Of a DNA stretch of 45,546 nt, positions 17,575 through 25,728 are shown in pieces; within the stretch, counting starts at the first letter, position 1, and every line of letters begins with the position of its first letter. Below the pieces are notes generated by a model, which worked only from the letters and a program-made list of their open reading frames with translations, had not been told where the DNA came from and did no database searches. A program made the position numbers and the translations under genes. The DNA is from Clostridia bacterium (lineage in GTDB: Bacteria; Bacillota; Clostridia; UBA1212; UBA1255), in assembly GCA_017560225.1 (NCBI GenBank), contig JAFYOJ010000049.1, positions 1 to 45,546 on the forward strand, in the 5' to 3' direction.

Positions 17575-17607
17575 AGCGACCGCTCCACAAGGGCGGTCGT
17601 TTTTTTG
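17575..17607. terminator. Rho-independent terminator between convergent pgi and the DUF2156-like gene
   Basis: CGACCGC-tccacaag-GCGGTCG followed by TTTTTTT on the plus strand. Confidence 0.7.
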
Positions 17608-17638
17608 TCTACACTGGATTTAACCCCGCATAAAGATT

Positions 17639-18514
17639 TTACACATAAACCACATATTTCTCCAGCAATTCCACCGGATGATACGCCAGCTTCGAGGTGC
17701 GCAAAGATTCATTTCCCATATCGTCTTCCCGATTAACGAAGCGAATCTCAGAAGTACCATACATTTTTGCAAATTCCGAAGCGATTTTTTGATAGGCACC
17801 GGGGTAGTCTCGAGAAGCCTTCTCGATGTGTTCATAGAGCATATCGCCCCTTTTACCGCCGATAGCAAATGCAATCACTGCCCCATCCACCAGCACGCAC
17901 GTGCCCAACATACCGTACAAATCGTAGTAGTCCAGTACCTCACGCACGTATCCCAGTTCCGCCAAGGCGCCCTCCGAGCGCACTTGCGCTTCGTATACGT
18001 CCAGAAATTGCCGGCACAACTCCAAATTATCTGCCGAAATAGCTTCCACCCGCGCCCGGGGATATAATTTATTGAAACGATTTAAAAAATTCCGCTGACC
18101 GTGGAGCTTCTTTCCCGGAAAAGTCTGCATGGCAGTCACATCGTACACATAGTCCGCCCAATCTCGTATGTTTTGGCATTGAGCGACGGTAAAATGATCT
18201 TTCAGCAATTCAATTTGCCCAGAGGTTATGGGACTGAAAACCAGGTTCTCCCCTTCCGTATGCCGGATCAGTTTTTGCAGTGCAATCCCCAGATTCCCGG
18301 GACCGCAAGGCACCGAATAGGCGACCGGTCCGTCCGGATACGTGATTCGGAAGAACAACATGTCCTCATCAATACAAAAAGCCGTTCCAAAATGATGCCG
18401 CCACATAAAAATTGTGCCGGGAAGCGTGTCGCAAATATTTTCTTTCTCATAGGCCAAATACTTGCACACCGCATCATAATCGGCAAGTGTCAACGGCTTA
18501 AAACGAAGCATCAC
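17639..18514 (-). CDS. DUF2156-like protein (phosphatidylglycerol lysyltransferase C-terminal-domain/GNAT-like fold), tentative
   Basis: 291 aa, soluble. The N-terminal pattern FKPLTLADYDAVCKYL...ENICDTLPGTIFMW and the overall size match my memory of DUF2156 proteins. No search was run. Confidence 0.45.
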   Translation of the reverse strand: MMLRFKPLTLADYDAVCKYLAYEKENICDTLPGTIFMWRHHFGTAFCIDEDMLFFRITYPDGPVAYSVPCGPGNLGIALQKLIRHTEGENLVFSPITSGQIELLKDHFTVAQCQNIRDWADYVYDVTAMQTFPGKKLHGQRNFLNRFNKLYPRARVEAISADNLELCRQFLDVYEAQVRSEGALAELGYVREVLDYYDLYGMLGTCVLVDGAVIAFAIGGKRGDMLYEHIEKASRDYPGAYQKIASEFAKMYGTSEIRFVNREDDMGNESLRTSKLAYHPVELLEKYVVYV

Positions 18515-18555
18515 ATCACATCCGCCGGCTATTATACGCTTTTACGCAGAATTTT

Positions 18556-18825
18556 TCAATTGGACTGTAAAGATTGATGCCGTTCTTTCAACTTGCGCAC
18601 CAACATATCGTACCGAACCTCATAGGCTTTTTGTAAATAAATGTAATATTCCACCAACTCCGGATCGGTAACAAAGTTGAAATTATTTCGAGCCGTTTGC
18701 AAAAGTCCCCGCACCCGATCAATCTCCTCGTTCAATGTCATCATTTCCGGATGTGCCCATTCCGGCATTGACAGATCTTTGCCCATTTTAATTCGTTTTG
18801 TCCGGATAAATTCAGCTAAACCCAT
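18556..18825 (-). CDS. DUF2508 (YaaL-like) small protein
   Basis: ORF 18556..18978. I start it at MGLAEFIRTK (ATG 18825), with GGAGGTG upstream. It is 89 aa and helical, with the ...LLQTARNNFNFVTDPELVEYYIYLQKAYEVRYDMLVRKLK pattern. Confidence 0.5.
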   Translation of the reverse strand: MGLAEFIRTKRIKMGKDLSMPEWAHPEMMTLNEEIDRVRGLLQTARNNFNFVTDPELVEYYIYLQKAYEVRYDMLVRKLKERHQSLQSN

Positions 18826-18919
18826 GCCAAAACACCTCCAAATCCATATATATGGGCATTTTTTGGGTAAAATCACTTGACAAACTTGTACAATATGCCA
18901 TAATGCCATTGTAATTTTA

Positions 18920-19807
18920 TTGTATAAGGTCGTTTTAACATTGAAGTCTTGCGCAGGAATCAAAAATATTTTCATCAAACGTTTGGCAGTCCTATTGATT
19001 TTGCCTTTATCGGTGTTGGCATTTTGTCTGATTTACGGCAAAATAATCCCGAGAACCATCCCTGCATCTACAACGCAAACACCGATCCTTTTACAGGCCA
19101 GCGCTTCGCCGACACCCACCCAAACGCCGGAGCCCACTGGTGAACCTACTGTCGAGGCCACGCTTGCGCCTACCGTCACACCGGAGCCAACCAGAAAACC
19201 GGGAATTCCCCAGTTTAAAACACCGACAGAGCCCACCCGATATCATATTGAAATTTCTATCGCAGCTCAGATCGTTTATATCTACGAATTGCAGGAAGAC
19301 GGATCCAAAGGCGATTTAGCGAAAGCCATTCTTTGTTCCACCGGTGGTTGGGGTGTTAATGAAACGCCCAAGCGAAAATGGGTGGTGCTGGATAACGGCA
19401 TGGAGAAAGAGGCTGTGCGCAATGGTTGGGGATTATCTCGCTATGAATTTGAATGGTTTGACGGTAAATCCACCGGCCAGTATATGACTCGCTTATGGAA
19501 AGTGGAAACAGATGCCGAAACCGGGGAAGAATATATTGCTCCCTCCGGCTATTTAATGCATTCTGTACCCTATTCGAAGCTGGATAAAAACACATTGAAA
19601 ACTGCCGAGTGGAACAAATTGGGCCGTCGTGCCTCCACCGGCTGCATTCGTATGAACGTAGAAGATGCTAAATGGATTTATGATTACGTAGCGGCATATT
19701 CCTATGTATACACCATTGAAGGCACCCCGGATCCCGAATTATGGGCCGCCTTGAAATTGCCGGATTTGCCCTTGGACGTCACCCGAGATCCCACGGACGT
19801 ATTCTAA
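18920..19807 (+). CDS. L,D-transpeptidase (YkuD domain) with Pro/Thr-rich linker
   Basis: 295 aa. The track start is a TTG and the true start is uncertain. It has a signal-anchor, a PT-rich linker (SPTPTQTPEPTGEPTVEATLAPTVTPEPT), and the catalytic motif HSVP...ASTGCIRM. Confidence 0.75.
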   Translation: MYKVVLTLKSCAGIKNIFIKRLAVLLILPLSVLAFCLIYGKIIPRTIPASTTQTPILLQASASPTPTQTPEPTGEPTVEATLAPTVTPEPTRKPGIPQFKTPTEPTRYHIEISIAAQIVYIYELQEDGSKGDLAKAILCSTGGWGVNETPKRKWVVLDNGMEKEAVRNGWGLSRYEFEWFDGKSTGQYMTRLWKVETDAETGEEYIAPSGYLMHSVPYSKLDKNTLKTAEWNKLGRRASTGCIRMNVEDAKWIYDYVAAYSYVYTIEGTPDPELWAALKLPDLPLDVTRDPTDVF

Positions 19808-20505
19808 CCAATCTCCCGCACGGAAAATATTTTACGGATGGTGTCCACCAAACAAGGGTTGGCGCTTCTGTCTTGACCATATAAATAGACCGTTCTGGGC
19901 GCAATGGTCAAAAGAGATGACAAAATCACATCATCTTCATTCTCCAGCACATCTACGTCCTCTAAATCTGCATAATCATACGTAATTTCAATACCGGTTT
20001 CTGTAAAAATATGGTGTTGCCCCGTCCCGTCGGCCAGCAAAAGCACTGTATCCACCAAAGGATCGCAATCTTTCACATAGGTCTGCAGCAGCATTAGGAA
20101 ATCCCGATACTGTTCTTCTTGTTGAATTTCCCGCAAAGACAACTGCATACCATAACACATTTCCGACAATACCGTCCGCAATCGAAAACGCAGAAAACCC
20201 TCTATATGGATCGTGGGATGCTCCCGTAAAAATTCTCGCAGAAGTTGAGCAACTTTCCTTCGATTTTTTTGAGCAATACGCCGGAATGCTTCTGTAAAAT
20301 GTTGCTGACTTGCCCGGGGGAAATGCCGTTGCACTTCTTTATATAAATAATGTTCCTCTATAAATGCACATAAAATTTCTGCCAACAATTCCGGCTCTGC
20401 AGATATTTTCCAAGAATCCCCCTTTTCTAAAATCGAAATTTTGTCTTTGAAATTTTCTTGCAATACTTGGGTGTAGGTACCGGGAATGATATAAAAATTT
20501 TCCAT
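19804..20505 (-). CDS. YtxC-like sporulation protein, tentative
   Basis: 233 aa, soluble. The call rests on size and the C-terminal pattern (…EDDVILSSLLTIAPRTVYLYG) only. Confidence 0.35.
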   Translation of the reverse strand: MENFYIIPGTYTQVLQENFKDKISILEKGDSWKISAEPELLAEILCAFIEEHYLYKEVQRHFPRASQQHFTEAFRRIAQKNRRKVAQLLREFLREHPTIHIEGFLRFRLRTVLSEMCYGMQLSLREIQQEEQYRDFLMLLQTYVKDCDPLVDTVLLLADGTGQHHIFTETGIEITYDYADLEDVDVLENEDDVILSSLLTIAPRTVYLYGQDRSANPCLVDTIRKIFSVREIG

Positions 20506-20622
20506 AAACTGCCTCGAAGATTGCTTTCATTTACTATTTTATGCATAGGGATAGTTTTTCGCGCCTTTGGAAAAATAAAATACGGTACGTTTCTTTTGTA
20601 CCGGAAAGGAGATTTTTCGAAA

Positions 20623-20841
20623 ATGAGAACTTTTTTAGATCGTGTTGCATTGATCATTATTTTAATTGGTGCGATTAACTGGCTTTGTATCGGTTTCTTC
20701 CAGATGGACTTGGTGGCGACCTTGTTCGGCGGACAGTCCGCGTTGCTGAGCCGGATTGTATATTCTTTAGTAGGTCTTGCAGGTCTTTACTCCATTAGTT
20801 TGTTGTTTAGACCCTTGCCCGAAGGCTATCATGAGGCGTAA
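20623..20841 (+). CDS. DUF378 family small membrane protein
   Basis: ORF 20458..20841. I start it at MRTFLDRVALIIILIGAINWLCIGFFQMDLVATLFGG, with AAAGGAG upstream. The GAxNW...G motif is characteristic of the family. Confidence 0.7.
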   Translation: MRTFLDRVALIIILIGAINWLCIGFFQMDLVATLFGGQSALLSRIVYSLVGLAGLYSISLLFRPLPEGYHEA

Positions 20842-20940
20842 GAAATAAGGGATTATTTTCCTTGTATGCTTTGAAACCGCAAAACACACAATAGTCTTGC
20901 CGAAAGAAAGTTCGGCAAACCACATTGGAGGTAATTCAAA

Positions 20941-21132
20941 ATGGCAAACAGCAAGAATAAAACAGCTTTTGACAATATGAAGTACGAAATCGCAAAGGAA
21001 ACAGGCGTAAACTTGAAGCAGGGTTACAACGGTGACTTAACTTCCAGAGAAGCCGGTACCATTGGCGGTAACATTGTACGGAAAGTATTTGAAAGTTATA
21101 CCGGAAAGAATTATTATACCGGTAAACAATAA
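20941..21132 (+). CDS. Alpha/beta-type small acid-soluble spore protein
   Basis: 63 aa: MANSKNKTAFDNMKYEIAKETGVNLKQGYNGDLTSREAGTIGGNIVRKV. This is the classic SASP pattern, with GGAGG upstream. Confidence 0.85.
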   Translation: MANSKNKTAFDNMKYEIAKETGVNLKQGYNGDLTSREAGTIGGNIVRKVFESYTGKNYYTGKQ

Positions 21133-21145
21133 CGTTTGATCAGAA

Positions 21146-21175
21146 AGGACCACTCGCATGGAGTGGTCCTTTTTG
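21146..21175. terminator. Rho-independent terminator shared by the SASP gene and the convergent downstream gene
   Basis: AGGACCACTC-gcatg-GAGTGGTCCT followed by TTTTT. Confidence 0.75.
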
Positions 21176-21179
21176 TTAT

Positions 21180-22772
21180 TTAGTCTAATTCATACGCAAA
21201 TCCAAAAGAACTGACAATTCGCTTTTCTATGCTTTCCGTGTGCGTACCATCGGCACTTAATCGGCTATGCACCGCAGCCTCGCCCCATGGCGTCACAGTG
21301 AAATAAACTTCGCCCCCCACCATTTCAGCTATAATTTCAGTCTGCCCTTTAGATGCCCGGTAAGTCCCCAAAAGATCTTTCGCCACCATACATCCCTGTG
21401 TTAAAGTGGTTATGCTGCGAATCTGTGCATCGTCATAGGCTGATAAATACACAACCATCTCCGCCCGAATGATAAGCGGTTGAAGGGATCTGGACGCCGG
21501 CACGTCGCAAGCAATCAGTTTACTGCCTTGCAGGTCCACATACCATAAACCGTATAAATAACTGCTGCCAAAATTCATCCAGCTTTCCGGATTCCGTCGA
21601 TTCAAAATAAAACTCTTCCCGGAAACGGCCTGTACGTAGAAACGGTCCGCGCCCTCCCGATCCACACGGAGAAATCCTTCAATCATAGTGGGATTATTTT
21701 TATAAATTTTGAAATCTCCGGTATAGGACAACACCTGTACAGCGGTAGCCTGCGCCACATCTTCCACACCCAAACGAAGAAGATAAATTCCCTTCCCGGT
21801 AGAAACCAATAATTCCTCTAAGCGTTCATTCCAATCCAAAATCCGATAAACAGATCCAAGATTGGTAAACAAAGACACCGGCTGATCGCCATTTTCCAGG
21901 AACAAAATCCCTTTGCTTTCGCAAAATGTGTACACACGGTCCCCTTTGGAACCGACCACAAAGCGAACGTCCGACACAAGGCGTGTTTCTCCTTCTGCCG
22001 TAATGGTGTAATCTCCGTCTTCTTTTCTGCAGAAAACCGTAGGCACCGTAACATTGGATGCTTGGGCAGATTCCCGGTAAATTTCCAGCACGCCCTCTGC
22101 AATTTGCTCAGACGCACCCGCGGGAACTTGATGCAGGAACAGCTTCCCGTCTTTATCTAAAGACGCAAGGGTAGTTCCCTGGGATAATGCCATGCTTTGC
22201 ACATTTTCCGCCAGCACCGTGGTGGTAGTTCCATCATACATATATAATTGATTTGCACGGGCATATCCGCAAGCGTAAACCACAGTTTCTCCTACAAACA
22301 GAAAACTGTCCACATTGGTGGCTACTTTCACCGTGGTCATTTGGGTTAAATCCGTTAGGAACAAGGTAGGAACATCGCGATCGTGCAAAAGAAACAGCAT
22401 TTGTTTCCCGTCTTCCCGCAGGGTACACTGCTTTCGAGTGCGAAGTTCTGCGGTAATATCATGTTTTGTGGCGTAAAAAGCAATATTAACACCCTCCGGC
22501 GTAATATCTTGGGGGCCACCCTGCAAACCGCCATAAAGCAACATCAATTTTCCGTCCTGCTCGTATACGTACGGTGCTTCTTCTGCCGGAAGCAATTCCG
22601 CCCATCCCGGGATGACAATGCGAACGTCCTCTTTCGTGGCCGCCAAAGGAGATCCAATCCATTCCGTCAGCAAGTTATCCACCGCCGGAATATGTAGAAT
22701 CAGTGCCAGGCCCAATGCTACGCACAGAACAATTCCGATTGTCTTTAATGTGCTAAACCATTTATCTTTCAT
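21180..22772 (-). CDS. Membrane-anchored extracytoplasmic protein of unknown function
   Basis: ORF 21180..22877. I start it at MKDKWFSTLKTIGIVLCVALGLALIL (ATG 22772), which forms an ATGA overlap with the upstream gene stop. It has a single N-terminal TM segment and a beta-rich remainder with no motif I recognise. Confidence 0.6.
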   Translation of the reverse strand: MKDKWFSTLKTIGIVLCVALGLALILHIPAVDNLLTEWIGSPLAATKEDVRIVIPGWAELLPAEEAPYVYEQDGKLMLLYGGLQGGPQDITPEGVNIAFYATKHDITAELRTRKQCTLREDGKQMLFLLHDRDVPTLFLTDLTQMTTVKVATNVDSFLFVGETVVYACGYARANQLYMYDGTTTTVLAENVQSMALSQGTTLASLDKDGKLFLHQVPAGASEQIAEGVLEIYRESAQASNVTVPTVFCRKEDGDYTITAEGETRLVSDVRFVVGSKGDRVYTFCESKGILFLENGDQPVSLFTNLGSVYRILDWNERLEELLVSTGKGIYLLRLGVEDVAQATAVQVLSYTGDFKIYKNNPTMIEGFLRVDREGADRFYVQAVSGKSFILNRRNPESWMNFGSSYLYGLWYVDLQGSKLIACDVPASRSLQPLIIRAEMVVYLSAYDDAQIRSITTLTQGCMVAKDLLGTYRASKGQTEIIAEMVGGEVYFTVTPWGEAAVHSRLSADGTHTESIEKRIVSSFGFAYELD

Positions 22773-24142
22773 ACGCGCCTCTTCTTTCTGCAAAACACCC
22801 CATAGCGAGAACTGTGGGGACTTCTGGCAGTGCCTAACGTGCTCAGCGTCATCGTAAAATACAAACACAAAAACCACGGTGCCCCGGCAGCCATCGACAA
22901 CGCCGCTTCACAAACGGGACGCCACTTTCTCATCGCAGTAAAATGATTTGAAACAGCCTGCTCGTTATCATAGAATCGAACTTTCCCTGCGTGGTAAATC
23001 CAAATGCCGTCCTGTGCCTTTTCTGCCCAAGAAGCGCTGTAACATACTTGATCGCCCCAAACGGGAATCTCACCCTTCCCAATTTCTTCTAAATTATGGT
23101 CTAATCGGGTAATTCGAAGATTATATCGGTCTGCACCGGCACCCGTTGCGGTATAGGACTGAAGCAAAAGTCCATTCTCGGCAGAAAGACTTTGATTAAC
23201 CAAATAAGGAGATGCGTCCCCGTAAAACACCTGCTTCCCGATCGTCCCGGCTTGATCGATATCCATCAAAAATACATGGTTCCCTGTTTCGGCTTTGAAT
23301 CGAAAAGGAATTCCTTTGGGGTTGATTTGGGAAAATTTCTCAATATCGTAACGCCCGTATAAAATCCATCCCGCTTGTCCATTGTCTAAAATGCGCACCA
23401 CTGCGGCCCGCACACCTTCTTCGCCGGCAACCGCTTTGCGCCAGATACGATTTCCTTCCAAGTCATACAACGCACAAAAACCACGGTGTACGGTTTCTTT
23501 GAGTCCGCTTTCAGAGGTGCATCCCGCAATCAGCACGCCTGCGCGGCTGTAGCGAACATCATAAACATCCCGAGTTTGTTCCGAATTGATTCGGAGTATC
23601 GTTTCGCCCTGTTGATTAAATACAGTCACCCGTTGATTTTGAATACCTGCATAAGCTTGTCCATCCGCGCTTGCACAGACAAAACGGTCAAAACCGTACG
23701 CGGGGGTTTCTTCATCTTCCTTGTAGGAAACAACCTCCCGAACATCAAAATGCTCATCCAGCACGTACACCGCGCCATAGGAAACGGCTTCCTGTGCTCT
23801 GGGCGTGATTAAACACACCAAATGAGTTTCTTTACCCATTGGCACAATCTGTTGCAGCGTAATGGCAGCACCGTCCATCTCGCAACGCGCTTCCAACGGA
23901 CTGCCGGAACCGGGCGCATACGCCCGGGCAAAAAGATCCCCTGCATAAACGCCGTCTGTATACTGACCAACAAGAAGGGTTCTGCCTTGAGGCAATCCTG
24001 CAAATTGCAGCATTTCCACACCGTCCGACGCAGTTGTGTCGTATAGTTCTGCACAAGCGCCCCGGGCTTGCACAAACAGGCCTAAACACACCATAACAAT
24101 GGCGGCAAGAACTAATATATATATCAGTGCCCTTTTAAACAT
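22769..24142 (-). CDS. Membrane-anchored extracytoplasmic protein of unknown function
   Basis: ORF 22769..24187. I start it at MFKRALIYILVLAAIVMVCLGLFV (ATG 24142). It has a single N-terminal TM segment and no recognisable catalytic motif. Confidence 0.6.
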   Translation of the reverse strand: MFKRALIYILVLAAIVMVCLGLFVQARGACAELYDTTASDGVEMLQFAGLPQGRTLLVGQYTDGVYAGDLFARAYAPGSGSPLEARCEMDGAAITLQQIVPMGKETHLVCLITPRAQEAVSYGAVYVLDEHFDVREVVSYKEDEETPAYGFDRFVCASADGQAYAGIQNQRVTVFNQQGETILRINSEQTRDVYDVRYSRAGVLIAGCTSESGLKETVHRGFCALYDLEGNRIWRKAVAGEEGVRAAVVRILDNGQAGWILYGRYDIEKFSQINPKGIPFRFKAETGNHVFLMDIDQAGTIGKQVFYGDASPYLVNQSLSAENGLLLQSYTATGAGADRYNLRITRLDHNLEEIGKGEIPVWGDQVCYSASWAEKAQDGIWIYHAGKVRFYDNEQAVSNHFTAMRKWRPVCEAALSMAAGAPWFLCLYFTMTLSTLGTARSPHSSRYGVFCRKKRRV

Positions 24143-24221
24143 AGTATGCGCTTCCTCGTTAAGATCATCTTCCTTAGTATAGCACAAAGACCGTGTTGGG
24201 GCAATTTATTATTTTACCATT

Positions 24222-24923
24222 TTACCCAAAATCCCCCACGCAACCCTGTACCGCCTCTTTAATTTTCTCCAACGCGGCTTTCTCAATTCGGGATACGTAG
24301 GAGCGGGATATACCCAGCATTCGTCCTACTTCTCGCTGGGTCTTCTCCGCACCATTCAAAAGACCGTAGCGAAGTTGAATAATTAAACGTTCTCGATCTT
24401 CTTCTAAGTTTTGAACAGCTTTGCGAACAGCTTTCTTCTGCACACTTCGGTCAACTTCTTCCACTAATTCCGAGTCATCACACCGCAGCAAATCCATTAA
24501 GACGATTTCGTTGCCATCCCGATCAATCCCGATGGGCTCATTCATGGAGACCTCGCCGTTGTATTTTTTATTTGCTCTTATATACATCAAGATTTCATTT
24601 TGAATGCAGGATACGGCATAGGTACCCAGCCGCGCGCCTTTGCTCTCATTAAAGGAGGATAGGGCTTTGATCAAGCCAATGGTGCCAATCGAGATTAGTT
24701 CGTCTTGGGTGGCTCCTACAGTGGAGTATTTTTTTGCGATGTGGGCCACCAAGCGCAAGTTATGTTCTAAGAGAATGCGACGGCTTTCGTTTCGGTCAGA
24801 TTCCGTGAGGCCGTTTCGAAAGCGGTCCAAATGGTAGGTTTCTTCGTCTTGCGTCAGCGGTGTTGGGAATCCGGTTTGCCCACCAATGTATGTGGAAAAT
24901 GGTTTATTTTGTTCTTGCTCCAT
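24222..24923 (-). CDS. Sporulation-type sigma-70 factor of the SigE/SigK group (best guess SigK), apparently without an N-terminal pro-sequence
   Basis: 233 aa. YIGGQTGFPTPLTQDEE aligns with the mature N-termini of SigE/SigK. LLEHNLRLVAHIAKKY and ISRSYVSRIEKAALEKI are SigK-like. Regions 2 to 4 are intact. Confidence 0.75.
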   Translation of the reverse strand: MEQEQNKPFSTYIGGQTGFPTPLTQDEETYHLDRFRNGLTESDRNESRRILLEHNLRLVAHIAKKYSTVGATQDELISIGTIGLIKALSSFNESKGARLGTYAVSCIQNEILMYIRANKKYNGEVSMNEPIGIDRDGNEIVLMDLLRCDDSELVEEVDRSVQKKAVRKAVQNLEEDRERLIIQLRYGLLNGAEKTQREVGRMLGISRSYVSRIEKAALEKIKEAVQGCVGDFG

Positions 24924-25027
24924 AACGCCCTCATTCTGCTTCTTTGCTTTGATAAACAGTATATGACGGCTTCCGGGTTGTTCGTGTCTGTCTTATTTTG
25001 CTTTTAAAAAATATTTATGTAAAATGG

Positions 25028-25056
25028 TTGACGCGCACCGTTTTTGTTGTTATAAT
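25028..25056 (+). promoter_or_regulatory. Predicted sigma-A promoter for tRNA-Ser
   Basis: TTGACG (25028..25033), a 17-nt spacer, then TATAAT (25051..25056). This is 12 nt upstream of the tRNA 5' end. Confidence 0.6.
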
Positions 25057-25068
25057 AAGTCTCGCTTT

Positions 25069-25160
25069 GGAGAAGTACCCAAGTAGGTTGAAGGGGACGG
25101 TTTGCTAAATCGTTAGGTCGGGTGACCGGCGCCGGGGTTCGAATCCCCGCTTCTCCGCCA
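25069..25160 (+). tRNA. tRNA-Ser (anticodon GCU)
   Basis: GGAGAAGTACCCAAGTAGGTTGAAGGGGACGGTTTGCTAAATCGTTAGGTCGGGTGACCGGCGCCGGGGTTCGAATCCCCGCTTCTCCGCCA. The anticodon loop is TTGCTAA. It has a long variable arm, a GGTTCGAATCC T-loop and an encoded CCA. Confidence 0.9.
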
Positions 25161-25161
25161 A
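25143..25161 (+). repeat. Direct repeat copy 1 (3' end of tRNA-Ser): ATCCCCGCTTCTCCGCCAA
   Basis: An exact 19-nt match to 25345..25363. Confidence 0.9.
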
Positions 25162-25166
25162 CAAAG

Positions 25167-25195
25167 AAATCCATCCACTCGGATGGATTTTTTTG
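25167..25195 (+). terminator. Rho-independent terminator after tRNA-Ser
   Basis: AAATCCATCC-actc-GGATGGATTT followed by TTTT. Confidence 0.8.
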
Positions 25196-25344
25196 TTGCC
25201 TGAAAATCAAGGCGGGGATGAGAAGCCCGCAGGGGTTCGTCGTAGGTGCCGGGCGCAGAGGGCGACCGGACGCCGAAGTCTCGAGCAACGCAGCATTTCC
25301 CGGTACCGCCGATCCGCGGTGGGAAATGCCAGTAAGCGCAGAGT

Positions 25345-25363
25345 ATCCCCGCTTCTCCGCCAA
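25345..25363 (+). repeat. Direct repeat copy 2 (orphan copy of the tRNA-Ser 3' end): att-like scar
   Basis: An exact 19-nt match to 25143..25161. The preceding sequence cannot form the T-arm, so this is not a second tRNA. Confidence 0.9.
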
Positions 25364-25365
25364 AC

Positions 25366-25570
25366 GGGTCGTGAAAATGGTTCGGATGGCATTTTACAAC
25401 CTTTATCGGGTCGCAAAACGGAGTAAATACTCATTTACGACCCCACAAACAAGAAAATTCCCGCAAATTTCTGACTCTTGGCCACTTTTTCGGGTCGTGA
25501 ACAAGCACAATCACACTTATTACGACCCCGAACAGGTCGTGAAACAATAAAAAACAAGGATTTGCGACCT
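25366..25570. repeat. Array of seven copies of a (G/A)GGTCG(T/C)(G/A)AA motif in both orientations
   Basis: Forward copies lie at 25366 (GGGTCGTGAAAA), 25408 (GGGTCGCAAAAC), 25492 (GGGTCGTGAACA) and 25534 (AGGTCGTGAAAC). Reverse copies lie at 25434..25444 (TTTACGACCCC), 25520..25530 (TTACGACCCCG) and 25561..25570 (TTTGCGACCT). Confidence 0.8.
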
Positions 25571-25728
25571 CTGCCCACTTCACATTATAGTTACCACAAA
25601 ATTTTGCAAGCATATTGATTTGTCCATCTCTCGCTGGTTGGGAATTCATAAATTCAAAATTGACTTTCCCTATATTCTGTGGAATAATAACCCTCGTAAG
25701 CAATTCAAAGATTGGGGCATGAAGATAC

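Noticed and set aside
25196-25344. Possibility that the GC-rich insert after tRNA-Ser is a known structured RNA (tmRNA, SRP RNA, RNase P, tRNA-Sec or a riboswitch)
   Set aside because: It has no tRNA-like acceptor/T-arm, no SRP GGAA/AGCA motif and no RNase P P4 sequences. No adjacent regulated gene sits at a sensible distance. It is kept only as part of the att-like scar finding.
25004-25550. ORFs 25004..25363(-), 25122..25550(+), 25193..25426(+) and 25207..25434(-), which cover tRNA-Ser and the region downstream
   Set aside because: They overlap a clear tRNA gene, its terminator and the repeat region. The translations are Arg/Pro/Gly-rich nonsense that reflects GC-rich non-coding DNA.
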